Assembly: GCA_963812135.1 (NCBI GenBank)
Contig: CAWETU010000001.1
Coordinates: 2,306,121 to 2,370,120, forward strand
Source: Vulcanimicrobiota bacterium
Lineage (GTDB): Bacteria > Vulcanimicrobiota > Vulcanimicrobiia > Eremiobacterales > Eremiobacteraceae
Length of the DNA: 64,000 bases
Direction: 5' to 3'
Shown here: one piece after another, positions 20,229 to 30,797 of the stretch
How the letters are laid out: each line of letters opens with the position of its first letter
Position numbering within the stretch: the stretch's first letter is position 1
Translations under genes and position numbers: made by a program
Notes under the pieces: generated by a model
Database searches by the model: none
The model's input: the letters and a program-made list of their open reading frames with translations, nothing else
What the model was told of the DNA's origin: nothing

Positions 20229-20414
20229 TTGTCGGAATCACCTCAGCGGAACGAAGAGCTCTTCATGGTTCGCCTATGGCGCGAGCAGCAAGCGCCGGCG
20301 GCAGCGTGGCGCGGATCGGTCGAACACGTCGGCTCGAAGCGCCGCTACTTCTTCACCAACTTGTCCGATCTCGTCGATTTCATCCGGCTGCGACTGACGG
20401 AGGGTGGTTCGTAA
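20229..20414 (+). CDS. Small protein (F.VRLW.E...WRGSVEHV.S...F..L.DL..FI)
   Basis: GGAGG RBS before TTG 20229; alternative ATG 20190 overlaps the proposed -10 box. Confidence 0.7.
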   Translation: MSESPQRNEELFMVRLWREQQAPAAAWRGSVEHVGSKRRYFFTNLSDLVDFIRLRLTEGGS

Positions 20415-20479
20415 GTAGCTGCTCTGCTCGGTTTTCCGGCTCGCCTTGACAAACCGGGTCTGACGAGGGATTAACTCCG

Positions 20480-20540
20480 GTATATTAATCCACAGGTTTC
20501 GTATATAGACATTTTTGTATATACATGATAGTATATATCA
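20480..20540 (+). promoter_or_regulatory. brnTA promoter/operator
   Basis: TAGACA-N17-TAGTAT (20506-20534); palindrome TGTATATACA in the spacer; four GTATAT boxes. Confidence 0.6.
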
Positions 20541-20546
20541 TCATCC

Positions 20547-20876
20547 GTGCAGTTTGAGTGGGACGCCAACAAGGCGGTCGCCAACCAACGCAAGCACGGC
20601 GTCAGTTTCGAAGCGGCAGCACGCGTCTTTGACGACCCCCGCGTGCTGTCAGTTTTAGATCGACGGTATAGCGAGGAACGCTGGTACAGCCTCGGGGCAG
20701 TCGGAGAAACAATCATATATGTCGCGCACACCATCGAAAACCAAGGGCAAACGAGCGAGACGATCCGGATCATCTCGGCCCGGCAAGCTAGTGCGCGTGA
20801 ACGCCAAGAATATCAAACTAACGCCTCGTATGCTTTCGGAGTTGGCGATGGCAAGCCGCCCGGACAGCGAGATTGA
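20547..20876 (+). CDS. brnT: BrnT-family toxin
   Basis: FEWD.NK...N.RKHGVSFE.A..VF.DP...EER...G...IRIISAR.A..RER..Y. Confidence 0.9.
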   Translation: MQFEWDANKAVANQRKHGVSFEAAARVFDDPRVLSVLDRRYSEERWYSLGAVGETIIYVAHTIENQGQTSETIRIISARQASARERQEYQTNASYAFGVGDGKPPGQRD

Positions 20877-21072
20877 TTTTTCCGATGCGCCTGAAATCAA
20901 GGACTTTAGCGCAGCTGTGCGAGGCCGCTTTTATCGCCCTTTGAAGAAGGCCATCAGTATTCGCCTTGACGCGGACGTGCTGACCTGGATCCAATCAAAG
21001 GGCGGCCCTTATCAGACCCGCATCAACGCCATTCTTCGCGAAATCATGGAGCGAAGCATCAGTAAACGATAG
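20797..21072 (+). CDS. brnA: BrnA-family antitoxin (start uncertain)
   Basis: IDFSD.PE...RP.KK.ISIRLDADVL.W...G..YQTRIN.ILR. Confidence 0.85.
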   Translation: MNAKNIKLTPRMLSELAMASRPDSEIDFSDAPEIKDFSAAVRGRFYRPLKKAISIRLDADVLTWIQSKGGPYQTRINAILREIMERSISKR

Positions 21073-21176
21073 CCTGTCGTCCCGGGAACGCACCGTCGTT
21101 CCCTTTTTCGCTCCAAGGGCAGCGCCCGATAAAGCACCAACGTTCTTCCCGCTCAGGCTTGCGTAAGGGAGTCGCC

Positions 21177-22937
21177 ATGCGACAGTTGCGCTTTGTCAGT
21201 GTCTGTGCTGTTATTTGCGTCGCGTTGACCGTCGGCTCATGGCGCGCGGCCGCGCCGGCGAGCGATTACGATCCGCTGCTCAACGGCGCCAAAGTCGTCT
21301 GGGATTCTCTGTTGCTCCAGTCGGATTCGCCGTGCTGGACCGATGCGCGCGAAGCGGTGGATTACGCGCTCGACAACTTCGACTCATGGGGCAAGGACGT
21401 CGAGTTCGACGAGACCTACGAACACTGGGATTCGCATATACCCTTCACGGCGAGCAAGGCCCTCGCCGCGCTCAAGAAAACGGACCTCTCGAAGAAGCAC
21501 GAGTCCACGCTCGGCTATGACGTTTATCCGGAGGGCGGCGACGAAGAGATCGGCGTCGAGCTGATCGATCGAATCGAGTCCACGAAAAAGGGCGCCGACA
21601 AGACGACCACGCTGTATTTCGTGTTCGCGGTCGTGCACGGCTTGAGCGAATGCGGCGCCAGAGAGGGGAAGGAAGAGGACGACCCCTTCTTCGCCCATTT
21701 CAGCATGTGGTTCCAGGGCTACTATCAGTCGACCAAGCCCAGCCCGACTCCGAAGGATCCGCATCCGCGCGAAACGGCTGCGGCTCCCGATGCGTCGTGG
21801 AGCAAAGAGCTAAAGAAAGAATTGCCGTCAGAGGGCGGCATCGACTACATCGGCTGCTGCAAACTGCCGAAGCCGAAGACCGTGCCCGGCACGCAGAACG
21901 AGCAGCCGAAGACGACGCAAACGCCCCACGCCGGCGCCGAAACCCGGCACGGGCACAGTCGAAAAACCAAGCGGCGTCAGAACCGGTCCGAAACCGACGC
22001 CGACGCCCACGCCGACGCCGGAGCCGAAGAAACCGCCGACACCGGCGCCGCTCGATAAAGATACCAAGCGCACTTCGTTGACGCCGCAGCCGGGCAAGGG
22101 ACGGGTACGGACCAAGGCGCGTACTTGCCGCCGATCGCCGGGCCATCTTCATTCGTCGTCGGATGGGTGAGCGACCAAAATACTTCCGGGCCCACATCGT
22201 ATGTCGTGGGCACGGTCGAGCCGAACGGCAAGAAGAGTTTTTGGAGCGGGCTCACCGATGACAGCGGCCACGTGCGCTTCAAACTGCCGGCGATCGCGCT
22301 CACCGCGGTGACGCTCTTCCGCTTCTTCGATTCGCACGGCAACCCGGATGATGGCGCGCAGTGTAAGATAGGCGCGAACCCGCATCTCGAGGGCACCGAC
22401 CCGATACCGAACGTGCCGGTGGCGCAGCAGCCCGCGATCGTCGAGGGCGGCTCAGCGTATCAGCACGGCTTGTTCTACCTCCACACGCGCGGCACCGACG
22501 CGTTGAACACGCGCGTACTACTCGATGGAGGCGAGAACGGGATCCGGACGGTTGGGACGTCGGACGAGAGCACCGCGGCGTTGATCGACGACAATGTCTC
22601 TTTGGGCGAACATTGGATCAGCGTGGTTTCGGACGGCAAGGTGAGCAATAAATTCCCGGCTGATGTTTTGTCGGTCACGGGCGAGCCGCTTCCGAATTCG
22701 GTGCCCGGGGAGATCTCGACGGTTCGCGTGCATGTCGAAGGTCTGCCCGCCGGCCACACCGCGCGCATGGCGTTCCAGATCGGGGGCGTGGCGACGCTGG
22801 TGGATGGTTCAGCTGAGACGACCGTGCCGGTGGTGGATGGATTGGCGCAGGTCCAGATCCGCGGCGTCCATTCCGGCAAAGCGCTCGTGCGTTTTCGGCT
22901 GCTTGTGGCTATTCCGGGTTTCTGGCAGGCGCAATGA
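21177..22937 (+). CDS. Large secreted protein with Pro/Thr linker and C-terminal Ig-like domains; about two frameshifts near 21930-22100
   Basis: Signal peptide; PTPTPTPEPKK linker lies in a different frame; coding continues into 22125..22937. Confidence 0.55.
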
Positions 22938-23089
22938 ACGGCGGTCGGAGACGGCCGCTTCTGCTGTTGGTCTGCCTCGCGCTGCTTCTTCCGCCTGCGC
23001 TCTTGGCGATCGCTGCACCCAGCGTTGATCCGCCGCTCGGCATGGATCCGCATGCGACGTCGGTGCAACCGCATCCCGAGAACAAGTAG
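22934..23089 (+). CDS. Small secreted/membrane peptide (51 aa)
   Basis: ATGA overlap with upstream stop; MNGGRRRPLLLLVCLALLLPPALLAIAA...; not in ORF track. Confidence 0.4.
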   Translation: MNGGRRRPLLLLVCLALLLPPALLAIAAPSVDPPLGMDPHATSVQPHPENK

Positions 23090-23195
23090 CAGCGAAGCAG
23101 TAGCGGAGTTCTCGACGAAGCGCTGACCCGGGACTAGACGACCACCCCTTCCGCGTGATGTCTTCAACGCTGGCGGGAGGCAAGTGGTTAGCCCC

Positions 23196-23386
23196 ATGGT
23201 CACGAAAGTCCGGGATTAAAGCGGCTCCGCGACGATGGTTGGGTTCTCACTCGAGTTAGGGGAAGCCATCACATCTATCGACACCCGAAAAGATCGGGAA
23301 CCGTTACGGTAGCGTATCATCGGGAAGGCGAAGAAATCCCGCCCGGGACTATTAGGAGCATCAAGAAGCAGGCAGGTTGGCCATGA
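23196..23386 (+). pseudogene. hicA: HicA toxin with frameshift near 23217 (real or sequencing error)
   Basis: MVTKVRD / KRLRDDGWVLTRVRGSHHIYRHPKRSGTVTV...IPPGTIRSIKKQAGW; ATGA overlap with hicB; not in ORF track. Confidence 0.75.
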
Positions 23387-23604
23387 AGTATGTTGCGGTT
23401 CTCGAGCGCGGTGAAACAGGATGGGGTGCCTACGTACCCGACCTTCCGGGATGTGTGGCCGTCGCCCCAACGCGAGACATCATCGAAAAGATGATCCGCG
23501 AGGCCGTTTTGTTGCACGTCCAGTCGCTGCGCGACAACGGGGAGAGCGTACCAGTGCCGACGGCGCTCGTTCTGACGATCGACCTCGCGGAAGCATTTCC
23601 TTAG
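23383..23604 (+). CDS. hicB: HicB antitoxin (short form)
   Basis: Y.AVLE....GWGAYVPDLPGCVA...T......IREA..LH...L...GE.VP.P. Confidence 0.85.
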   Translation: MKYVAVLERGETGWGAYVPDLPGCVAVAPTRDIIEKMIREAVLLHVQSLRDNGESVPVPTALVLTIDLAEAFP

Positions 23605-23614
23605 AACCCGCCCT

Positions 23615-25099
23615 CTAGGGGGTCATGTGCTGTGCGCGCCAGCACGCGGGCGTTCCGTGGCACGACTTATTCGCCGCAAGGATGCGGTGCAGTCCCTCGC
23701 GGGTCGCCTGAGGCATGCTTGACGCGATGTTCGAGAGCTCCCACGGATCGCGCGTGATATCGTAGTAGCTGGTTTCGCCGTCTTCGTATTCCACATAAAG
23801 CGCGCCATCCAAGCGCAAAGCGTCATATGTCGTGGGATTGGCGGCGTTTGGTACCTGCATGTCGGGGTCGGTGATCGCAGGACCGGGTTTCTTGTGTTCG
23901 ATCAGCGCCATGTGGCGCCAATCCGCCGGCGCGCTTCCGTGGAACAACGGCACGAGGCTATGGCCGTCGGGTGACATCGCTCCAGAACCGCCGCCCAGCT
24001 CGGCAAACGTCGGCCCGAGGTCGACGTTCTCAGTGATCGCGTTGATCACCACGCCTTTCGCAACGCCAGGTCCAACGATGACGAGCGGCACGTGGATGTC
24101 GGTGTCAAAAGGCGTCTGTTTGCCCGGGCGAAGCGAGTACTCGCCCATGTGATAGCCGTTGTCGGAGCTGAACACGATATACGTGTTATTGTCTTCACCG
24201 AGCATCGCGATCGTCGCGCGCAGCTCGCCGATCATCTTATCGACCGCGAGCACCGATTGAGCGCGCATGCGATACGCTTGATCGATCCTCTGAATCTCCT
24301 TCGGCCGCAGTGCGGGAATCTCTCGCAGCCAGTGCGGGGCGTCGGCGCCGGCGCGCCAGCCGAACGCGGGGCCGCGCGGAGCGGTGAGGCCGGGGAACGC
24401 GTTCGCGTCGCGAGGCGCGGGGATCTGGGGAGCGTGCGGCGCGAAGGTAGCGATCTCGATGAAGAACGGCCCAGGCGCTGATTTGTGCACGAATTGGTCC
24501 GCGATGGAGGCGACCACATCGGTCAGGTAGTCCTTAGGATCGCTGCCGTATTGCACGACCCGGCCATTCTGATTGAGGGCGTAGTTGAATTCGGGATAGC
24601 CGTTGCCGGCGACATCCCATTCATTCCATCCCGGTGCGATGCCGTCGCGCGCGGGCTCGTAGCCGTTGAGGTATTTGCCGAGCATCGCGGTTCTGTAGCC
24701 GTCCCCTTGGAGCGCCACGGCGAACGTCTGCGACTGGTTGCCGTGCGAATTGAACGATTGATAGCCGCCGAGCGGCGGAACGTTGGTGAGCACGTGCGTG
24801 TCGTGCGGGAACTTCCCGGTGAAGATCGATGAACGCGATGGGCAGCACAGCGAGTCTGTGACGAAATAGTTCGCAAACGTCGTCCCGTCGTGTTGCATCG
24901 CCTGCACATTTGGCATGTATTGGACGAGATTCATCGCGAGATCGTCGGTGAGGATGAAGATGATGTTCGGCTTTCTCGGCTGCTGCGCGCCAGGCGAACT
25001 GTTCGTGTCCGCGACGGTCGCAGTCGTCATCAGCGCGGCGAGCGCGAGTGAAGACAGCAGCAGCGTGGCGACGGAACGAAAACGAGCGATGATCCTCAT
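23615..25099 (-). CDS. Secreted Cys-type sulfatase (N-acetylglucosamine-6-sulfatase-like)
   Basis: KPNIIFILTDD, CCPSRSSIFTG, GKYLNGY, SDNGYH.G. Confidence 0.9.
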   Translation of the reverse strand: MRIIARFRSVATLLLSSLALAALMTTATVADTNSSPGAQQPRKPNIIFILTDDLAMNLVQYMPNVQAMQHDGTTFANYFVTDSLCCPSRSSIFTGKFPHDTHVLTNVPPLGGYQSFNSHGNQSQTFAVALQGDGYRTAMLGKYLNGYEPARDGIAPGWNEWDVAGNGYPEFNYALNQNGRVVQYGSDPKDYLTDVVASIADQFVHKSAPGPFFIEIATFAPHAPQIPAPRDANAFPGLTAPRGPAFGWRAGADAPHWLREIPALRPKEIQRIDQAYRMRAQSVLAVDKMIGELRATIAMLGEDNNTYIVFSSDNGYHMGEYSLRPGKQTPFDTDIHVPLVIVGPGVAKGVVINAITENVDLGPTFAELGGGSGAMSPDGHSLVPLFHGSAPADWRHMALIEHKKPGPAITDPDMQVPNAANPTTYDALRLDGALYVEYEDGETSYYDITRDPWELSNIASSMPQATREGLHRILAANKSCHGTPACWRAQHMTP

Positions 25100-25112
25100 G
25101 AAACGCCCTTCC

Positions 25113-25500
25113 TTAGAACGCCCAGGTCGAGCCATCCGAGAACGTAGCGTGGATCGCGATGCACGCAGTCGGGTTTGCCGCCGAGAAACGGCTGGTTGAC
25201 GAACGTGTGGAATCGGTGCGAGATGGTCACATTCGGCTGGAACATGCCTGAGTCGGTGATGTACGCGTGCTGTCCGTGATAGCCGATCGAGAATTTCACC
25301 TTGGTCGCCGGCGCTTGGTACGTATTCTTATACGTGATGTGCACGTCTGCGACCGACCCTCCGTAGCCGCCGTTATTCTCGACGCGGCACGACACGACCA
25401 CGATCGGTGGTGTGGAGAGCGCAGCCGCTTGAGCGGACTGCGCGCCCAGCGCGAGCAGATATGCGGAAATCAGCGCCATCGGTACGATTGTATTTTTCAC
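25113..25500 (-). CDS. Secreted hypothetical protein, frameshift near C-terminus
   Basis: Signal peptide; PPIVVVSC...D.G.F.PNVTI.H.F...C / I.ATFSDGSTW in shifted frame. Confidence 0.6.
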
Positions 25501-25504
25501 GAGG

Positions 25505-26081
25505 TCATTTCGAGCAGGTCAGGTTGATGCGGTAGTTGTACGCCCGGCGTCTTCTGTTTCCAGTATTTGCCGCTGCCGTTCGGATTGGCCGCGTTGTATT
25601 TGGCGACGTCGAACGTGACCAACAGCTTCGCCGGCTTGTTGTTGGGGTCCAGCGCGTCGTTCGATCCGAACATCTGCGTGTACGTGAATTGGCCCGAGGC
25701 GGGGAAACTGTGGTAGTCGAGCTTCTGCTCGTTCAGCGTCGTCGTCGTCAGATCGCTGGCAGAGATCGTGTCGCCGTTTGCCAGGGCGAGCACCAGGTCT
25801 TGCTTATCGGTGTCGATCGGCATGAGGCCGGCAACCGTCGTGCCGTTGGCCCACTGCATGGTGACGAGCCATGCGTTGAAGTGATCGGCATCTTTGGGTT
25901 GCCAGGCGACACTCGTGACCCGCACGCGCCACATGCCGTCGAACATCCATTGATTCATGCAACCGTCTTGGGCTTTGACCTGGGTCGAACCGCCGGTCGT
26001 GGTGGTGGTCGTCGCGGCGCTGGCGCCGATCGGAGCGGCCAGCACGCAAAGCGCGCACAATGTGAAGACAAACGAGCGCAT
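25505..26081 (-). CDS. Secreted protein (GCMNQW family), paralog of 15438..16028; 1-nt frameshift near 25545
   Basis: GCMNQWMFDGMWRVRVT; corrected end AYNYRINLTCSK* matches paralog. Confidence 0.75.
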
Positions 26082-26248
26082 GGGAGCCTCCTTTAATGTC
26101 AGGACGCTGGTGGCTTCCACCCGTGACCTCTTCCATTCCTTGGGATGGTCACACCAGAGGCACCGATTACGTCGAAAAGGAATGGGCGACGGCCATGGTT
26201 CGTGTGATCCCGCTCTTTCCGCTTGCTTGCTAGCAGGCCTGGTCCTCG

Positions 26249-27908
26249 TTGGCGCGACAGAGGCACACCGACCGCTCCATCCTGACCTTGGTCGTGGCCA
26301 TCGCGCTGTCGCTCGCGGTCAACGGCTGCACGCGGATCTCAACGCAGACGGGCGGGGCGCCGCATTCGTATACCATTCCGGGTGTTCTCCGAGTCGGCTT
26401 TTACGAAAGTCTCGATAACCTCAACCCGTTACTGTCGCTGCAGACCTACGTCGGACAAGTCGAGACGCTCATCTTCTCCGGCCTGGTCCAGTACGACGAT
26501 CACTATCATCTGGTCCCCGATGCGGCCGCCGTGGTGCCGACGTTGGCCAATGGCGGTGTCAGCAAAGACGGGCTGACGATCACGTATCGCTTGCGCCATG
26601 ACGTGCGGTTCTCCGACGGCACGCCTTTGACGTCCGCTGACGTCGCGTACACGTGGCAGCAGGCGGAAAACCCGCTCAACAACACGCCGAATCGCGAGCC
26701 TGCGGATCGGGTCCAGTCGGTGACCACGCCCGATCCGTACACGGTGGTCGTGCGTCTGAAAGCGCCGTTCTCGCCGTTTGTCGGCAGCTTTTTCCGTAGC
26801 GGGTATACGCCTGGGGGCGGCATTTTGCCCAGCCATTTGCTGCGCGGGTTGCGCGATCTGAACCGTGCCCCTTATAATCTGCAGCCTGTCGGGAAGCGGG
26901 CCGTTCGTGGTGGAGCGCTGGCAGCCGGGGATCGAGCTGCGCTTGCAGGCGAACCCGCTGTATTTCCGCGGCGCGCCGAAGCTCAAGCAAATCGTCATCT
27001 CGATCATCCCAAACGAGAACTCGTTGCTGTCGGCAGTGCAGTCGCACGACATCGACTTCTACTATAATGTGCCGGAATCGCAGTACGCTCAGCTGCGCGG
27101 TCTCGCCGGCGTGCGGTTGTCGGTCGTGCCGTCCTTCTCTATCGAACACATCAAGTTCAATTGCGGGCGAGCGCCGTTGTCCGATGTACGAGTGCGCCAG
27201 GCAGTGGCATACGCCATCGACTGGCAGGGGCTGAGGCACCGGATCTATCTCGACCTGGGCGTGCCCGCCATGGCGGACGTCCGCCCGGATTCGTGGGCGT
27301 ACAATCCGCGCGCGGTTCCTTATCCATTCGATCCGGCGCAGGCCGTGCGATTGTTGCGCAGCGCCGGGTGGGCGCCCGACCCCAATGGGATCATGCGCAA
27401 AGATGGACGTGAGCTGAGTTTGGAGATGATCACGGTCGTGGGCTCGTCTGTCCGACTAAAGGCCGAGGAGCTGGTGCAACAGGACCTCAAGGCGGTGGGA
27501 GTCGACGTCAACATCCACAACTATCCGGCGAATATCGTCTTCGCGACTTGGGCGCAAAACGGCATCATGACGCGGGGCAACTACGATCTTTCGCTCGTGA
27601 CGATGGATCTCGACGCGGATCCGGACAACAGCATCAATCTGAGTCCCGATCAGCTGCCGCCGCGCGGGCAGAATCGCTCGTTCTTCGTCGACCCGGAAGT
27701 CGGGGCGTGGGAGGCGGCGGGCGAGCGCAGCTACGATCAGGTCGTGCGTCGCCGCTACTATGTGATGGTGCAGCAGCGGATCCACGATGCGTTGCCGTTC
27801 CACGGTATCGTGTGGCGTCCCACGATCAATGCGTACAACGAGGATCTGCACGGCTTTAGGCCGGGTGCGGAGTACGAGTTTTGGAATGCGTACGAGTGGT
27901 CGATTTGA
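26249..27908 (+). CDS. Peptide ABC transporter substrate-binding lipoprotein (SBP family 5); frameshift near 26893
   Basis: Lipobox VNGC; SKDGLTITY.LR..V.FSDG.PLTS.DV; PVG/SGPF; D.RVRQA..YAID. Confidence 0.85.
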
Positions 27909-27914
27909 AGAAAG

Positions 27915-27950
27915 AGAAGGCCCACGAGTCTTAGCCTCGCGGGCCTTCTT
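27915..27950. terminator. Bidirectional intrinsic terminator
   Basis: AGAAGGCCC.CGAG...CTCG.GGGCCTTCT hairpin between convergent genes. Confidence 0.7.
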
Positions 27951-27974
27951 GTTGAGTTTGGACTCGATTGTGGT

Positions 27975-29099
27975 TTAGTTGCCGTGGCTCATGTGATCCG
28001 AGTGCATCGCGTTGCCGCCGACCGGGTCGATGAAGGCGACCACGGGGCAATTCACCACGACGCCGATCGGCCCAAAGTGTTTGCCGTCCGGACTGGTGAT
28101 CGCGCCGCTAGCTGCCAATGCGTAGGCTTGCGCAAAGCTTGTGACCCGAACGTTTTGGCCTTTCGCGATGGCTTCCTTAGACCACGCGCCGACATTTGCC
28201 GCCCACAGGGGCGTGTAGCCGAACGCGGCGGGGCCAGCCGCAAAGGTCGCGAGGATGTTCAACGGTGAGCCGAATGCGGCGCTGTCTGAGATAACCGCTG
28301 CTCGAGAGAGTCGTCCGTCGAGCGCGAGAAACGCAAGGCCTTGCGCTTGCGGATTGTTTGCGCCGGTCTGACCGTTGGCTAGCGCGACGATCGGCTGTTG
28401 CGACGCAGGAGCGGATTCAGCAAGACGCTTTGTGTATGTCGCGCGCTCAATCGCAGCCACGCCGGCATCCGAGGCGTCGGTGCTGAGGTACACAACTCGC
28501 GCGCCATTGAAGAATCCGTGGGCGAGGAGGATCGTGACGGTCTTCTTGTTGGTGTCGATCGCGAGAACGCGATCGGCGGTGTTGCGATGCGTGGTGACGT
28601 CAAATGGTGCAGATCCTGTGGCCACGATCGGCGCGTCAAGCGTCGTGCCGTCGGGCAGCTTGACGAACGGTGAATAGTTGTCGTCGGCGGTCGAGCCGGG
28701 CTTCGCGTCTGCCGGCGGAAAGCCGGTGGCGCTCGGCTTGTAGACGCGGCCGGAACTAAAAACCGGCGCGCCTGCGAAGGTCAACGCTTGCGGTGTGCCG
28801 GAGCCGGACTGCGTGTATGTCTTGTCGATGCTCGGCGCGTAGTTGAGACCCAGCTCTTGCGCCTGTGCCTTGTTGGACGAGTCAGCGAGGATGTAGTAAA
28901 CGGTCTTGCCCGCCGCGGAGCCTTTGTAGAGCGGCAGAACGACCGTGTTCTGCTGCGGGTCGACGGCGATCGCGCTCTTGAGAACGATGTGGTCGCGGGG
29001 GAGCTCAGCCGCTTTGACGGGGGTGGCGGCGAGCGTTAGTAATGCTATTGCTGCGAGCGCGACGTTCGCGCCAATGATATGTCTGGATCCTTGATGCAC
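27975..29099 (-). CDS. Secreted protein with two internal repeats and His/Met-rich tail
   Basis: Signal peptide; G..VYYI..DSS / G.RV.Y.STDASD; YSPF / YTPLW; VVNCPV; MHSDHMSHGN. Confidence 0.7.
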   Translation of the reverse strand: MHQGSRHIIGANVALAAIALLTLAATPVKAAELPRDHIVLKSAIAVDPQQNTVVLPLYKGSAAGKTVYYILADSSNKAQAQELGLNYAPSIDKTYTQSGSGTPQALTFAGAPVFSSGRVYKPSATGFPPADAKPGSTADDNYSPFVKLPDGTTLDAPIVATGSAPFDVTTHRNTADRVLAIDTNKKTVTILLAHGFFNGARVVYLSTDASDAGVAAIERATYTKRLAESAPASQQPIVALANGQTGANNPQAQGLAFLALDGRLSRAAVISDSAAFGSPLNILATFAAGPAAFGYTPLWAANVGAWSKEAIAKGQNVRVTSFAQAYALAASGAITSPDGKHFGPIGVVVNCPVVAFIDPVGGNAMHSDHMSHGN

Positions 29100-29217
29100 T
29101 GCCTTCTCCTATTTCGAATTATTGCGGTGAGGTTGAGTGCCCTTACTACGCACGCCGGAGGCGAAAGGGATCAATCGAGGATATGGGTGGAAAGCTACAT
29201 TCGGCAGCTGGAAATAG

Positions 29218-30315
29218 TCAGTGGGCTGAGAGAATATAGCTCACGATGGCCGCAGACTGCTTTTGGATGCCGCTCCAGTCGCCCGCGCTCAAGCCACTGA
29301 GCCGCTGGCGCATCGCTGCGAGTTTGGGCATCGATGCGTCGAGTGCGGCGTCCTGTCCGATTTCGGAACGGAACACCGAGTCTATATCTTGTTGCTGCGA
29401 GGTCGAGGCGTTGAGACCCGCCTGCTCGGCATAGAGGCCGATCAGGAATGAACCGGTTTGATCTGACGAAAGGCGGTTCGCCAACGTTTGGATGGCTTGC
29501 CCGAACGCCTGGCTGTTCCTCACGCGGTCGAACGATGGGTTGACTACGAGCAGCGATCGCTGCTGATCGAGGAAATCTCTGTTGTCAGCGCTCGAGAGCA
29601 TCGCTCCGAAGTGGGCAAACCAGTCATCGATGTATTGCTGCGATGGAGCTTCGGCAAGGGACCGCTGGTCGTCCATGAGCTCGGTAATGCGCGCCGCCCC
29701 GACGCCGGCCTGCGCGAATCCGGGCAGACCAGGTGCATAATGGATCGCCTCGGTGAGTTTAGTTCCGTTGAGTCCCATGACTCCTTGGGGTTTTGCGCTT
29801 ATGGCATATGCGGATCGATCTTGCGCGAGCAGCGCGACGAGCGCGTGGCGATTCTGGTAGCGGTCGATCACGGTCGGGCCGAGCAGGCGATCGCGGCGCG
29901 CTGCGTCATCGTACATCGCTTTCCATTTGGGGCCGGCCATTCCGCCGTCGAACGCCGCCAGCAGCATGGCGGACATGATCTGCGCTGCGATCGCCGGATC
30001 GGCGGCCGTGAGATCGTCGAGCGCGCTTCGATAACGCTCGTTGAGCCAGATGTCGTACGCCAGTTGACCGGTCGGCAGCCGCTTTGATCCTTGATAGTGC
30101 GCGACGCGGTCATACGCTGGCATCTCGCCTTCACCGGCCATCTCGGTGAGCAGCGTGAAATTGTGGTCGGTGTACATGCGTTTGTAACCGTCGTTTGCTT
30201 GGCGAGCGTCTGCTGCGGTATAGGTGTATCCGTTCGACGTTTGAATCGTGCCGGAAGCATCGGAGATGACTGGCGTCAGCAATGCCAGTATCAACGCGAT
30301 CAAGAGCGTGTGCAC
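29218..30315 (-). CDS. Secreted hypothetical protein
   Basis: 365-aa ORF with signal peptide. Confidence 0.6.
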   Translation of the reverse strand: MHTLLIALILALLTPVISDASGTIQTSNGYTYTAADARQANDGYKRMYTDHNFTLLTEMAGEGEMPAYDRVAHYQGSKRLPTGQLAYDIWLNERYRSALDDLTAADPAIAAQIMSAMLLAAFDGGMAGPKWKAMYDDAARRDRLLGPTVIDRYQNRHALVALLAQDRSAYAISAKPQGVMGLNGTKLTEAIHYAPGLPGFAQAGVGAARITELMDDQRSLAEAPSQQYIDDWFAHFGAMLSSADNRDFLDQQRSLLVVNPSFDRVRNSQAFGQAIQTLANRLSSDQTGSFLIGLYAEQAGLNASTSQQQDIDSVFRSEIGQDAALDASMPKLAAMRQRLSGLSAGDWSGIQKQSAAIVSYILSAH

Positions 30316-30797
30316 CTGGTCTGATTCTTGGGAGGGTGATGGGACGCCTTGGCCTTATCGGAGTTGCCTAGGAATTGTGCTTCGACCATGGCCTCGATCA
30401 ATAAAACGTCATGAGCGTCTTCCTGCGGTCGAATAAATTCGACCGCTCCGCAGGTGCGGCGCTACGGAGCTGGCGCGGCGGATCGTACCTGACGACAACG
30501 CCGTTTCGGAAGTACACGGAAAATGCGGAGGGCGCGTGGGGTGGCATCCTTCGCCCACGCGCATTGAAGGGCAAACAAAAGAGTCAGCCACAGGCTACGA
30601 TGGCGATTGCGCGCGATCTGAGCAATATCGCCGTCCTGTAGGTCTTAGTCTGCGAAAGGCCGCGCTCACGGCGCAGCCGCGCGAAATTTGTGCCAAAGCT
30701 GCGGCGAGGATCGCTCATACGCGTAGTCTAGCCGTGTTGCGGATCGCCGGTCTTTAGACTGCGAGTCGCATTCGGAGAGTTGGGCGCCTGCGCGCGC

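Noticed and set aside
30411..30641. 76-aa ORF in intergenic gap
   Set aside because: No clear RBS or motif; cannot be supported from sequence alone
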